This document shows positions 51,761-64,000 of a DNA stretch of 64,000 nt, piece by piece (positions within the stretch are counted from its first letter, which is position 1; every line of letters starts with the position of its first letter). Position numbers and translations under genes: made by a program. Source of the stretch: Botryllus schlosseri (lineage: Eukaryota); contig CM119378.1 of assembly GCA_051294905.1 (NCBI GenBank), positions 620,001 to 684,000 on the forward strand, given 5' to 3'. The notes below the pieces were generated by a model. The model had not been told where the DNA came from. It saw nothing but the letters and a program-made list of their open reading frames with translations, and did no database searches.

Positions 51761-54700
51761 TTAATTCTGTTTATCCTGATCGGTGGGCTTGAACGGTGTC
51801 GATTTTCCGTGCTTCTCTCGAATGCTGTCGATGGTGGATGCCGGGTAGTGGTCCGCGTACGCCTCCAACATATTGAGGACATACTCGTCGCAATTCGTGA
51901 TCACAAACCGATGTTTGAAAACTGCAATACAAGAGTTAGCAGGGTGGTGAAAGTAGTTGCTACTGAAAGAGTATCGATTTCGGGTCTTGAGACATACTTG
52001 TGTCTCGGAACCTCGTGACTTGGTTACAAACTTGGTTGCTACTCAAGTACAAGTACCAATTTCTAAGAGTAAGCAGTTTTGAAAAGTAGACTTGGTCGAG
52101 GGTCCGCATGTTTTTTGATATCTAATGAGTGGTGGCTATTTTCTAAAATTTACTAATGACGCTACAAGGACTGTTCAAAAATAACTTTTTTTCAATTTGT
52201 ACTGATTACTTGATAAAATTGTTACATTACCCGAAAAAAAAGCTGCACACATATTTTGGCTCAAGTCCAACCTATACAGGCATCACTATAAGAGATAAAA
52301 GTTTTTGATTGATTTATTAAAAATAGATATAAAATCTATTCAAATTTTATTGGCTACCAATGTTCCCTCTAATTTTCGACGAGTCTGCGCACACTCACCA
52401 ACTCACTGGGCAGACCCTTGGATAAAAGTGCGTTATGACTAAAAAAAAAGGTCATCACTTCAGATTTGACCGTGTCAGCACTGCGCATTTGTGCACGTGC
52501 GCAGCTTAGAGGGAACATTGCTGGCTACCCCATGAAATTGTTAGGTTGTCTGACAAAACGATCTACAAGAAATTTAGCTCAATGCCAACCGGTAGAAGAA
52601 AAGTTTTCGGAGTACAAAATTTTGGATTTGATAAAAATAGTATTTATGGTGGCAAATTCTTTCTTTAATTATTTATTACAGATCTACCCATCGTAAATAC
52701 TATGATTTGAAATCTTGAATTTTGAACATCGATACTTCGCTTCTACAGATTCAAATTGAGAAAAATTTGTAGAGAATTAGAAAGAACATTGCACATCAAC
52801 AATGGTATGACAAAATATTCAGGTTCATTTCAATATGAATATACTATTCAATTGAACAATGAAGTTTTGTACCTCAACAAGCTCAACAATGTCTCTATAG
52901 GTTAGAACTGAGTGAAAATTGGCGTGAAGCGATTTTATAACATAACAATTTTATCAAGTAGCCAATGCCTTTGAAAGAAAAAGTTATTTTTGAACAGCCC
53001 TACGCTACATATAGGCATATTCTTGAAAAATATTTTCAGGATTTCCAACATAAAAACGATGCTAACTTATCCAAAAACTACTCTGTAGCCTACTTAGCAA
53101 AAACTCATCTGTAGTTCTACTATTTGAGCACTTTTCAATAAGACCTTTCATATTCTAATGTAGTTTTGGAGCAGAGGTGGCCAAAGTAGTAATTGTCGGT
53201 ACTCAGGCACAACTAGAAGTAGTGAGTGTGGAACAAGTTAGTATTCTAGGCCTAGTTTTGCCTGACAAATGAAAACTGCCAAGTACAAGTAGTCTAAACT
53301 CATACCTACTTTGCTACTTGAGTATGTAGAGCAAGTAGGCAAAACCTACTTGAGTACTTCGAAAAAGTAGAAGCACTCCGTTACTGAGCACTAGGGCTGA
53401 TCCAAAATAACCTTTTTCTTCAAATTTTACTGCCTACTTGATAAAACTTACCGATTTTTTTCTTCAAATTTTACTTGTTACTTGATTTTTTATTTTTATT
53501 TTTCATTTATTTTCATTTTTTTTATTTTTATTTTTGTTATTTGTTTTTTTTTCAAATATTACTTGTTACTTGATAAACTTTCGCTTTGACACCTGATGAA
53601 GGAGCGGCGCTCCGAAAGTTCAAAAAAGGTGTAACTAATAGAGTTATATTCATTCGCAAGCGGACGTTAAATAGAGTGTGAAAGCTACCAAGGTCTTACG
53701 TTTAATAAACCTGTAACTCAATTTCTCAAGCACTCGGTAAAATTTGAAAAAATTTTTTTTTGTTCAACAGCGGTACTGAGTACCCTTGAAGTACCCTTGA
53801 AAGTGGGTGATCACGGGCATTCACAACACAAATTGCAATCGACTGACTTTGAATGACGGTCCCGATGGCCAAATCTCCGGGGCCGTAGAATTCAGGCTTG
53901 TCGACGTCCGAGTTTGGTTTCGTGATGCGCGTCGCCTCCAGGAACTTGCCGCCGATGATTCCCGAGTTGCGTTGCGGAGGCTCGAAAATGCTGATCATGT
54001 CGTCGGAGAGGCGATAGGAGATGATGAAGCGGCGTCCCTTGTCCTCGGGCCTCATTGAATCCTGTCGCGTGTGCAGTAAAGTTGTTTAAAATTTATTTTT
54101 ATTTTACATGCTACCCCATGAAATTATTTGGTTGCCCGAAATGAACAATGTGAACCAAATTTGGCTCAATTCCGACCAGTAGAAGCCTAACCCAGCAGAA
54201 GTAGAAAATTTTGCATTTGAAATACATAGAATTTACGGCAGAAAATTCGATCATTTAGCAATGTCAACAAATTTTTCAAACATAACTGCTGTCAAAATAA
54301 TTTCAAATATATGCAATACTTCTTGATTCAGTTATACATCACACTATCGATTATTAGGTATTTTTCGACTAGACCTAATTCATATCATACTGTGACAATA
54401 CTTTGGGCTGATCACTACTCCACAGATATGTCATTGCCACGAACAGGCTCAGCTTTACGCTCCATTTTTCGTATGCTGCAATATGACCAAACTGGGTCGA
54501 CAGCTTTCTCCGGTAGAAAATTGTGTTAAAACTATCATTTTCGTTAATAATATAGCTGTTAGTGGCAAGTAAAATACAATTTCAGTACTTGAAAAATCCT
54601 CGCGCAGTGCTGCTCATGACTCGACTCGAGTCACGACTTTCTGGTGTCTCAACTTGACTCGAGTCATTTCTTCAAATGCGTGAAATGTCTCGACTCGAGT

Positions 54701-57700
54701 CAATTTTTCTATTCTTCTAGTCCTGCACAATGACTCGAACCAAGTCATATGACTCGAGACTAGGACGGCCAAGACAGATATTGCACTTCGAAGAATAGTA
54801 AAGTTACCGCATTATTGGTATTTCGTCTATCAGTCCTGAGACTTGGAAAATAGGGTCACAAAATGTTTGGACTGAGGAGAATTACGATATTATGAATGCG
54901 AGCCATTCTATATCACTCGAGCAGGTTGAACCATATTGAACTCAAAACTGGACTCTACTCACTGACTCGGACTTGACTCGGTGGTGAATTGAAAATGACT
55001 CGACTTGACTCGAGTCAAAACGATAAAAGTGAGATTGACTTTTGACTCGAGACCTTGCGACTTGGTTACAGCCCTGCTACAACCTACGGTAACATGGTGT
55101 ACAAGCCGATGGCTATAACGGCAGATTCAAATGTTGAAGGATTGCGAAATAACGATTGGTGCACCACCAGCATTACTCACCAGTCTGGCTTCGTATCTCA
55201 AGATCTTGTGATCATTCTCCAGCATTTTGATGAAATCTTTCTTGGGCGGTTGAGGCACCAGGCTGAGGCAATTCTGTGTCGAATCTTCCAGCGAACCGAA
55301 GCCGTTGTAGGGAGGCAATTCCTGAAAGAAATGGGTAGATGATTCAAACTCGCGACACGGCGAAAGCGATGAAGGTATCACCATTTTCGGGACCTCCTTT
55401 GCTTTTCCTTTCACCGGGACCGGAGTGAAATCGGAGATGCCAAAATTTCTTCGATAAAACCTGCAAGACGAGAACCTTGTAAAGAAATTGCACTAACTAT
55501 TTGAAAATGCACAATAGGAACTGGAACTACTCACTTTTCAAATTTTGCAACTAGAACTAGAAGTACTTATTATTAAAATTTTGAAACTAGAACTAGAACT
55601 ACTCAATTTTCAAACTTTGCAACTAGAATTACAAGTACTTACTATTTAAATTTTGGAGCTAGAACTAGAACTGATCCGCAACTAACTAAAACACAACTAG
55701 AATTAGAATTATGAAGCGACTCAATAACTCTTATTAAATAGGAATCGAATTGGTTTTCAACACGAACATCAGTACAAGTTTGAAATAGGAGGGGTTTCGA
55801 TCCCCAAAATCCACCCTCTCGTCATGCCACTGCTAGTAGTGGTGACTCTGAGCTAGCAATGGCTGCAAGAACATCACACAACAGAACACCGGTATCACAA
55901 TTCAAGCCAAACGACATGTGACAACGAAATTTTTTAATGTCTATCAGCTAGAACTGATCACTTTTCAAAATATGCAACTTCAACTACTCAAATAACCAAT
56001 AGTTGACGGACTGGCAGCTAACCAGATTGGTAGTTTGCACAAGTCCGGTCTATAAACTCACTCCTGCGTGAACTTGTCGCAATCGTAGATGAGAAATCTT
56101 CTGCCGCTGATGAAGAGCGTTCGTCCAATTGCAAAGTCAGACGCCGTGAACCAGCTTTTCACTTCGTGGTCCGACAATTCCAACACCACCATCGGGAAAG
56201 AAGCTGAAATTGGGGTTACCCCGTGTATTTGGCATTAGAAATGTTGTAATAGCTATTCTTATTATGAAAGCAATGTACCGGTATTGATATTGCGTTCATG
56301 AATTCGAAAATGAATGTTGCACATAAAAGCAGTGTCAACTGTGATATACAACACTTGGCGAATTCCTCATTTCGAATTTGGTATTAGAAATAAAATTATT
56401 ATTACAAAAGTCAACACAAAATGACACACTGTAAATACTATTTTTTCAAATCCAAAATTTTCCACCTCAGTCGAGTCAAATTTGTTCTGCATTGTTATTT
56501 CAGACAGTTTAACAATTCCATGGGGTGGATCAGAGGCTCCCAACGTGGGTGATACTGATATCGTCCCCCAGTCGGCGATTTGGAGAAACAGGGGGGGCGA
56601 AAATGTTGGATCGTCCAGTCAGATATATTTCACTACCTGGTGACGGGAGGCCAGGACAAAATGCACATGAAAAACGGATTATTCTGGTACTCCCGCGCAA
56701 GTTAATTAACAAGAGGTCAACTCGCCACAAACTATCCCCTCAGATACTGCGAATGTCAACCTTTATCTAGTCAATTTACCAGCTTGCTGTTTATCGGATC
56801 CGAAAACATGGTGGGGCGAAAAATATCAGTCGAAACGGGCTGGACTCGGACCTGACTCGTTGGTGAATTGAAAATGACTCGACTTGACTGTAGTCAAAAC
56901 TATAAAAGTGAGATTGACTTGTGACTCGGAACCTTGTGACTTGGTTACAACCCTGTTAGGACTAGGGAACGGCAAGTGGCGAATTTACGTAGTACCGAAT
57001 TCAACGAGAACCGCAATTCACTGACAAATAGAGAAAGGGAAGACAGTAGAGTACTTACAGTCAACGTTGTTTCTGTCCACGGGAAGTCTCTGCCTTCTCA
57101 ATAAAACAGGGAACGGGTCGCGGCCGTCGTTGGGTTCGTGAACCTCTCGAATCTCAACAGTGTCGTCGACCAAGAAGTAGTGAAGCACGAATGGTCGCAT
57201 CTCTCCGAACATGGCGTCGCGATCGTCCCACACGCAGTAGAAACGAAGAACCTTCGGTCGAAATACACATTTTAAATCAGTGATTCTGAAAGTTTGCGCA
57301 AACTACTGGATTCTCAAAATGCAAAGTTAGAACTAGAACTACTCACTTTTCAAAACTGGCAACTAGAACTAGAGCTAAGCACTTTTCAAAACTCTCAGTT
57401 AGAACTAGAACTACTCACTTTTCAAAATCGATAGCTAGAACTAAAACTAGATCTACCGGTACTGAAAAAAAAACAGTAGCGGTAGGTAATTGATCGTTCA
57501 TCAAATGGATTGGTAGTTGTACCAGTCTGTCCCCCTCACTGTTTCAGTAGATTCTCACCTTTCTGTCAAGCTTGAGGAACTTGTTGAGTTTATCAAAGTC
57601 GGATGGAGTGACATAGGATCTGAGAGGTTGATTGCGAGACTTTGTGTACGGATCGACCGGAACGCTCTCCGGTCCGTTCAAGATCAGCCCTTCGCTTTCC

Positions 57701-60700
57701 AGGAATTCCTGAAATAATTTTTGTATTTAGCTGGGTGCTAGAAGTCGCCCGAGGAGCTTAAAGTACTCAATTCTGACAGACATTTGAATTTCTACTCAAG
57801 TACGAGTATGTGAAGAGACTCCTGGAGTACACAACTTCAATATACAATTGAATAATATATGTATTGAAACGAACCCGCATATTTTCAGTCGTCACTGGTC
57901 CGAGGTAATCGTCAGCAACTAGTAGAGAATTGGAAAGAACATTGTATATCAACAATCGTATCACCAAATATGACCTCACACCAGCATAAATATGCGAACA
58001 ATCGTTCCCCTTCAAATTTTTATGCTGATGATGTCATATTTGGTGATACGACTGTCGATAAACAAAATTCTTTCTAAATCTCTACCAGATGCTGACGATT
58101 ACCCCTGACGAAACTATTAGGGTTTGTTCCAATATCAATACATTATTCAATTGTATAGCCAGTTTCCACACATGGATTTAATTGAGTCGCAAACTATTAG
58201 CAGTAAATCGCAAGGTAGTTCCTCTCGACTAAACGTAAAATGACACTATAAACTGGCGCAATTTTCAAAATAAGATTCAGTTATCCAGATCAAAGGAATA
58301 TTTCGCACAGTCAATATGACAATTATAATAATGAAAGCGATGAGGACATATTCCAAAACTATTTTCTGCTTTATTTAAAAGTGTAATAAGTAGTTTTGCC
58401 TACAAACTGTGAGTAGAAGTGTAAGCATTCTTTGAGTAAGGAGCACAACTCGGTCAATTCCGCTGCAGCATTGAGAAAATTAGAAGCACTTCGACGACCT
58501 CTGCGAGGCACCCACCGCGGTAAACTTGTCACAGCTGGTCAGGCGAAACACTTTCCCATAGAAGGTAACATTCATCGCGAGATTGAGGTCTTTCCAATGC
58601 CAGTTGTCGCCCTGGTCGTTCTTCGGTAGGCGCTGGCGTTTGATCAGTTTGCCCTGAAAGAGATTTTTTGCGGTAAGCCCCATGCCTGACTTGTGCAAGC
58701 TAATGAAAACTAGAACTAGAACTACTCACTTTTAAAATCTGCACCTAGAACTAAAATCAGCACTACTCACTTTTCAAAATGGGCAACTGCAACTAGCACT
58801 AGAACTACCAAATAAAAACAGTAGTTAGTTGTCGGGAAATTAACTAGATTGGTTGCTTGCACAAGTCTGTCCCACGCCTGCACCGGAGAAATGAACCACA
58901 AAAACCTGCGGAATCCCGGAATTCTGTACGAGTGGCTCAACCACTGAAATGCTGTCATCTTCCAGGTAGTAGTAGATGTCGACGGGTCGCACTCTGTAGA
59001 ATTCCTGCGAGCTCTCGTGTACCGTCTCCTTGAAGTATGCTCGGAACTTGAGAACCTAGCAGTTTGAAGTTGGAAATGGCTTGATATATATTCTCAATCT
59101 CAAACTATAGATAACTAACCTACGGATAGATACGAAACACGTGATCGCACGATTAGGAAACCGTAGTAGGTTAGCAATTTTTCGTAGCTTTGTAAACAAA
59201 TTCGTCGCTGTGGATTCAAAGTAGCTCATGTCTATTTTACACATTTTGAAAGAATTGAGTCAAAAGTCTTCATTATCTTTCGCCCATGGTTTATTTTGAT
59301 GCAATGTGACAAGCATAAGCTTGGTCAAGATTTTGTTGAAAAATTGTACAAAAACTTGATTCTCAAACTATGTAAAATAGAGCTTAAAATTTGAAAATGG
59401 ACACAAGCTACTTTGAATCTGTATCAATTAAATATGCGACCGAATCAAAAAAAAATACTAAGACTGGTCTCGAACGAAAGCCACTGCTGCACTGATTCTG
59501 AAAATATATATTGTAATCACGTCAGGGCTATAGGCCTACAACAACCCCCAAATTGCCCATGAAAAAAACCAAAACCAAAATCATGCATTGTTTCGAACCA
59601 TCGAAGCGCCGCAATACAATAACCATAAGAATCACTATCGTGGAACTCTGATTGTTCGCACAAGGCTGATTGCTAGCTAGTTCTGGTTTCGCAACCGTGT
59701 ATGAAATAGGAAATCATATATTTTTGTCCTTGATGTTTTTACAGCATATACACCGACTCATGAGACGCATACACACGATCTGTGCATATGCATACCAAGA
59801 GTGCATATGGCAGGTGCAGATGTAGCCATGTAAGGCTTTTTAAGTCTTGCACCACCCTTCCATGCTATCCTGGAAATGCTGAGCGCCAAGCGGGGACGGG
59901 AAAGATAACAGTTTTACTATCCAGGTCTTTGGTTTGACCTGATTGAACCCCCGACGAGACATCGGACCACCATTACGCTGTCCTCCATTACGCTGTCTCG
60001 TGTGTCACAGCTTTCGAGTCTATCTGTAGGTTGGTTATCTATACTCAAACCAACCTTCTTATCAAAAGCAAGGTGGGCTGGGACAAACGTGTCTGGAGGC
60101 GCTTGCTTTGGTTCTCCGTAAGTGAGCGTTGGCATCTTTTTGGCCAATTCGTCAAGTTCGGCATCTGACAGCTGATTGTGAGCGAGTCTCTCTCCTCCAT
60201 AGCCGACCGTCGGCCTTTTTTGCAACGCGTATCCGTTCTTGAAGCCGAGAGTGTTGCTCACATGGAATCTGCTTTTCTGTGAGAGCGATATTTTTTTCGT
60301 AAACTGATGAGATCAAAAAATTAGGTGCGAATGCGCGAATCAATACGATGGTTTATCGAGAGTATTGACTGGTAACAGTGATATGATCACGAAACAGCTC
60401 TAATATATGCAATAAAGTGCTTTGTGTGAAAAGAGAAGTAAATTTAAAATAAAGTATTTTAAATAGGGAACAAAAATAGTGAAATAAATAAGAAAAATCA
60501 ATCCAGACTAGACTAATACAGTTAATATATCATAGCGAATGCAATAATACGACTGGCTATGCAGCAATGATACATGAAGACAACGAATATATACAAATAC
60601 ATACAATCAATTGATGCATCATTTCTGATTGACAGTGACATAATTATTTAGTCACGATAATCAGCTCAAGAAGATTCAGATGTAGCCTGCAATATTGTGG

Positions 60701-60798
60701 TGCAGGAGCAAATCAGAATATAATCAATCACTCACTGTCGGGTCTTTGAATGTGTTTCCTGGTAGAAACGGCAGTCCGTCTGCCCTTGTTGTTGCCAT
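51761..60798 (-). CDS. EFHC1: EFHC1 / Rib72 (three DM10 domains; axonemal microtubule inner protein), 550 aa
   Basis: Exons 60798-60736, 60276-60055, 59055-58906, 58653-58516, 57708-57559, 57251-57059, 56203-56062, 55460-55382, 55321-55181, 54061-53848, 51921-51761; all GT-AG, phases consistent, 1653 nt. Motifs [77 protein letters not shown]. Confidence 0.95.
55515..56045. repeat. AACTAGAACTAG-motif interspersed repeat/MITE
   Basis: Arrays of AACTAGAACTA(G/C)TCACTTTTCAAAA ending ...AGATTGGTAG; related copies at ~35140-35255, ~57300-57520 and ~58700-58865. Confidence 0.75.
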
Positions 60799-62329
60799 GT
60801 TAATAGAGCAGGAGTAATATATATTTAATTAGCAATGACTGTAGAAATTCAGCAGAATAAATAGTAGTAAAGCACAAAACTGCAACAAAATCTTGATTTT
60901 CATGAATGGTCATGTCCCGAAAGTATGATTTATGAGAGAGACATTTCACTGAGTTTTTCTACACCATGACACGGAAAACAACAGCTATAGACTTGAGTCT
61001 TAATCTCAATATGATTTAAAAGTTCAAGGGAGACAATGCACAGTATTGCATTGAAAACAAGCGAGACTTCAATCCCGTTAAGATGCAAGACTAGGGCGGG
61101 GAAAAAGCGAGGACCTGAGTGACACGATTTTGAATCGAGCATTAATCTTTGAGTCGAGTGTCACCCATTATGACTCCACAACAACATCGATTTTGGGGAA
61201 AGTATGAAGAAAGAAAATACGGTATGTACCTTCTACAAAGACCATTCCTATTTCATTGCACGTTTGACAATGCTATGGCTCGATCGCAACTTCAAAGAAA
61301 TGTCATTTCTACTGCGAAATCAAGGTTTACAGCCTTCCGCAGTACACAATAGTATCAAAACTATAATTCTCATTGATAAATTAGCTGTTAATGGCGAGGA
61401 GCGTATAATTTCCGTGCTCGGAAAAATCATTACTCTCATTACTCGACTCAAATCATTAGAATTAACACTCTATTCAGATTTAAGTACTCATGAGCAGGGT
61501 TGTAATGTCTCGATTTTCTGATGACTCGACTTGACTCGAGTCGTTTTCTCAAAATACGGAAATGACTCGTACCAAGTCATATGACTCGAGACTCAGACGG
61601 CCAAGACCGACATTTCATTGTAATTTCGAAGAATAGTAAAGTAATCACACTATTGGGATGTTGTCTATCGGTACTGGTACTTGAGAATGCGACCAGAATC
61701 TGCTAATCGTGTGGAAAATTAGTATATTATAAACGCGAACCATTCGATCTCACCAAACAGAGTTATAAAAAGTGAGTTTACCAAGTCTTTAACTGTGAAC
61801 TGAGCAGTCAACATAATGACTTGAACTCGGAGTCGAGTCATAATACGATGACTCGGACTCGAACCTCTGCTTGATGACTTACTCGGTGATGAATTGAAAA
61901 TGACCCGACTTGACTCGAGTCAAAACTATAAAACTGAGATTGACTGGTGACTCGGAGCCTTGTCACTTGGTTACAACCCTGGCGTTCTGTATGCCGCGAT
62001 AAGACCGTGAAATGGAGGTTCACAGCCTTCCTCAGTGGAAAATACAATCAAAACTATAATTCTTGTTAATAAATTAAATCATAGTTGCATGGAGCATATA
62101 ATTTTAGTACTCGAAAAAATGGTATTTTACAACTCGACTCAAATCATTAGAATTAATACTCGATTCAGATTTTGAGTACTCATGAGTGCCCAGCACTATT
62201 CATACCACAAGCAGCAACATTACTTCAATCGATCAACTCCAAAAGTCTTCAATTTGAAAACTTCAGTTTTTCAAGTTTTCAACATTCTAAATGTAAGATA
62301 GACTGGAGCGTAATATCCCCAGATTGTTT

Positions 62330-63583
62330 TCAGATAAGAGGTGGAACGTCAGGGTCATCAACAAAGTTGTCACTTTCAGTCTCAATTTCTTTCTTTACAT
62401 GTTTTCGTAGAGTAAGAGGTCGGATATCTTTTGGCGTTCTCTCTTTGGAAATATTGGCGAGGGTACTTTTCAAGGTTTTTGATTCGTCGAATTCGAGTTT
62501 CTCTGTTTTAGTTATGATTTCAGCGGTTGGCGCTTTCTCATTGGTCTTTGCCACAGGAGGCCGTAATTTTGGCATCGTTATCAGCAAATGTCCAGTTGTT
62601 TGTGACCGTTTAGCGGTTGATTTATCGGTGGAAACTTCTTCATGTAGTACGAGTTGTAAGACTTCGCCTTTCATAGTCACTCTTACATAGGTAGGTTGCA
62701 CGTCAACATCGATCAATGATGTATCGAGGTATTTGTAACACGGCACATCCAAAATAAACGAGGTGTCATCGTCAGTTTCTTTCATGATAAAGTCAATTTT
62801 TCCTTCATTCACATTCATTGCATCTCCTGCCTCGTTAAAATACCTTTTTTGGCGTTTCATTTCTGGTTTACCAAATTTCGGTTCCGTTTTACTTTCTCGA
62901 TTTTCTCTCATTTTAGCGTGCATCTCCCTGCGACTTTCAGGGGTGTAGTCGCATTTTTGATTCCAAAAAGTTTCGTTCGTCTCAGAATTTGATTCGTCCG
63001 GTTTTTCTGTCGAATTTTCAGATTTCTGTTCATTTTCTAGTTCCAACTTTCGATTGTATTTTGCTTCCTCTTTCAGTATTTTCTCCTTAATAGTGTCGTA
63101 AATTTGGCAAGCTTTGATTCGTTCCGACCTTTCAACTTCCTTGCCATCAAGTCTCTTCAATTGCGGTAACGTTGCAATTACATATTCTCGGTATCCCTCA
63201 AAATTCACACACGGATTACCGGTTAAGTACAAATCTTCCAAATAATGATTCGTTTTCAACGACTCGATAGACGTTAAGGCCCCTACGAAGTTTACTGTCA
63301 GATCCAACTTTTGTAGAGACTCACATCCTTCAAGATTTTCAATAATTTTAATGTTATTCAATGCTAAATTCAAATATTGCAATTTCTTCAATCGGCCAAC
63401 ATTTTCAATTTTTTCGATCAAGTTACTTTGCAGATATAAAATTTGGAGTTGCCGGCACCAGTTGTCAATGTGTTCGATCTTCTCGATTTCCATTTGATGA
63501 AGAGATAATTCTTCCAACGAATATATTTCGCCTTCATTGTGTTCTGCTCTTTTCCGAATCATAGACTCCGTAATCGTCGCCAT
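62330..63583 (-). CDS. DNAAF11: LRRC6 / DNAAF11 (tilB homolog), dynein axonemal assembly factor, 417 aa, single coding exon
   Basis: Uninterrupted ORF: IRKRAEHNEGEIYSLEELSLHQ, LRRs (LYLQSNLI, LNLALNNI, LDLTVNFV, LYLTGNPC), LRR cap YREYVIATLPQLKRLDG, CS-like region (YLDTSLIDVDVQPTYVRV, AKRSQTTGHLLITMPK), terminal DDPDVPPLI. Confidence 0.96.
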   Translation of the reverse strand: MATITESMIRKRAEHNEGEIYSLEELSLHQMEIEKIEHIDNWCRQLQILYLQSNLIEKIENVGRLKKLQYLNLALNNIKIIENLEGCESLQKLDLTVNFVGALTSIESLKTNHYLEDLYLTGNPCVNFEGYREYVIATLPQLKRLDGKEVERSERIKACQIYDTIKEKILKEEAKYNRKLELENEQKSENSTEKPDESNSETNETFWNQKCDYTPESRREMHAKMRENRESKTEPKFGKPEMKRQKRYFNEAGDAMNVNEGKIDFIMKETDDDTSFILDVPCYKYLDTSLIDVDVQPTYVRVTMKGEVLQLVLHEEVSTDKSTAKRSQTTGHLLITMPKLRPPVAKTNEKAPTAEIITKTEKLEFDESKTLKSTLANISKERTPKDIRPLTLRKHVKKEIETESDNFVDDPDVPPLI

Positions 63584-63776
63584 TGTCAGACTATATTAGC
63601 TAAAATATGATATACAATCTAACTTTGGTGACTGAAAATATCGCAAGAATTACTGACTATGATATGAGACAAATGATTGAAGAAAAACAGGTTGTAATAT
63701 ACAGCAGAGTACGGCAACTGATTTAGGTCCTAAACTTTCCAGCGGTATCCGACACATCTGGTATTCTGGTTGCATC

Positions 63777-63789
63777 GTACCTTGGTAAC
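63777..63789. promoter_or_regulatory. Candidate RFX X-box upstream of DNAAF11
   Basis: GTTACCAAGGTAC on the minus strand, ~195 bp upstream of the ATG; resembles the palindromic GTTRCC-N-RGYAAC X-box typical of ciliary genes. Confidence 0.45.
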
Positions 63790-64000
63790 GGTCGTTATGG
63801 GTTTTCACAACCACACGGTAGTTTCTCAACCGTGACACAGTGGGTCTTGAAAATGTTTAATTTTTTAGCAATCATTTGCCATTCGAGTGGGTTGGACAAT
63901 TTCAACGGATTATATGTAAAAATACACATACTGGGAATGGCATCTCACTTCGATTTTAGTTGTACCATAATAACAATACCAAATACTTATAAAAAGGCTA

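Noticed and set aside
62172..62690. 172-aa plus-strand ORF (and similar ORFs at 44010-44495, 51725-52018, 55055-55342)
   Set aside because: Antisense overlaps of real coding exons with no recognisable motifs.

Overview
Eukaryotic, intron-containing genomic DNA from an animal. Short 53-68 nt introns and dense hAT-type MITEs suggest an invertebrate, possibly a tunicate, but that is inference only. Five host genes can be assembled by hand with consistent splice phases: two divergent + strand type II membrane mucin-like genes sharing a 5-exon, phase 0-0-1-1 layout (~5723-17481 and 31628-34349); a BTB-BACK-Kelch gene of the KLHL9/13 type (37315-45708, +); EFHC1/Rib72 (60798-51761, -, 11 exons, ending without the EF-hand tail); and an intronless LRRC6/DNAAF11 (63583-62330, -). 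Mobile DNA includes a full-length, slightly decayed Ty3/Gypsy LTR retrotransposon (7039-11062) in an intron of the first mucin gene, 5'-truncated CR1/L2-type LINEs, a Penelope GIY-YIG remnant, and many nested hAT-type elements with 8-bp target-site duplications. The main highlights are: (1) the Gypsy element has no tRNA primer site but has a perfect 20-nt 'PBS' complementary to its own LTR in self-priming geometry, which also masks the 5' LTR poly(A) signal; (2) the orphan type II mucin pair, one member ending in a furin site plus a 22-aa cationic peptide; (3) two tandem motile-cilium genes that may form an RFX-driven unit. Gene models are manual and lack transcript support; no database searches were run.
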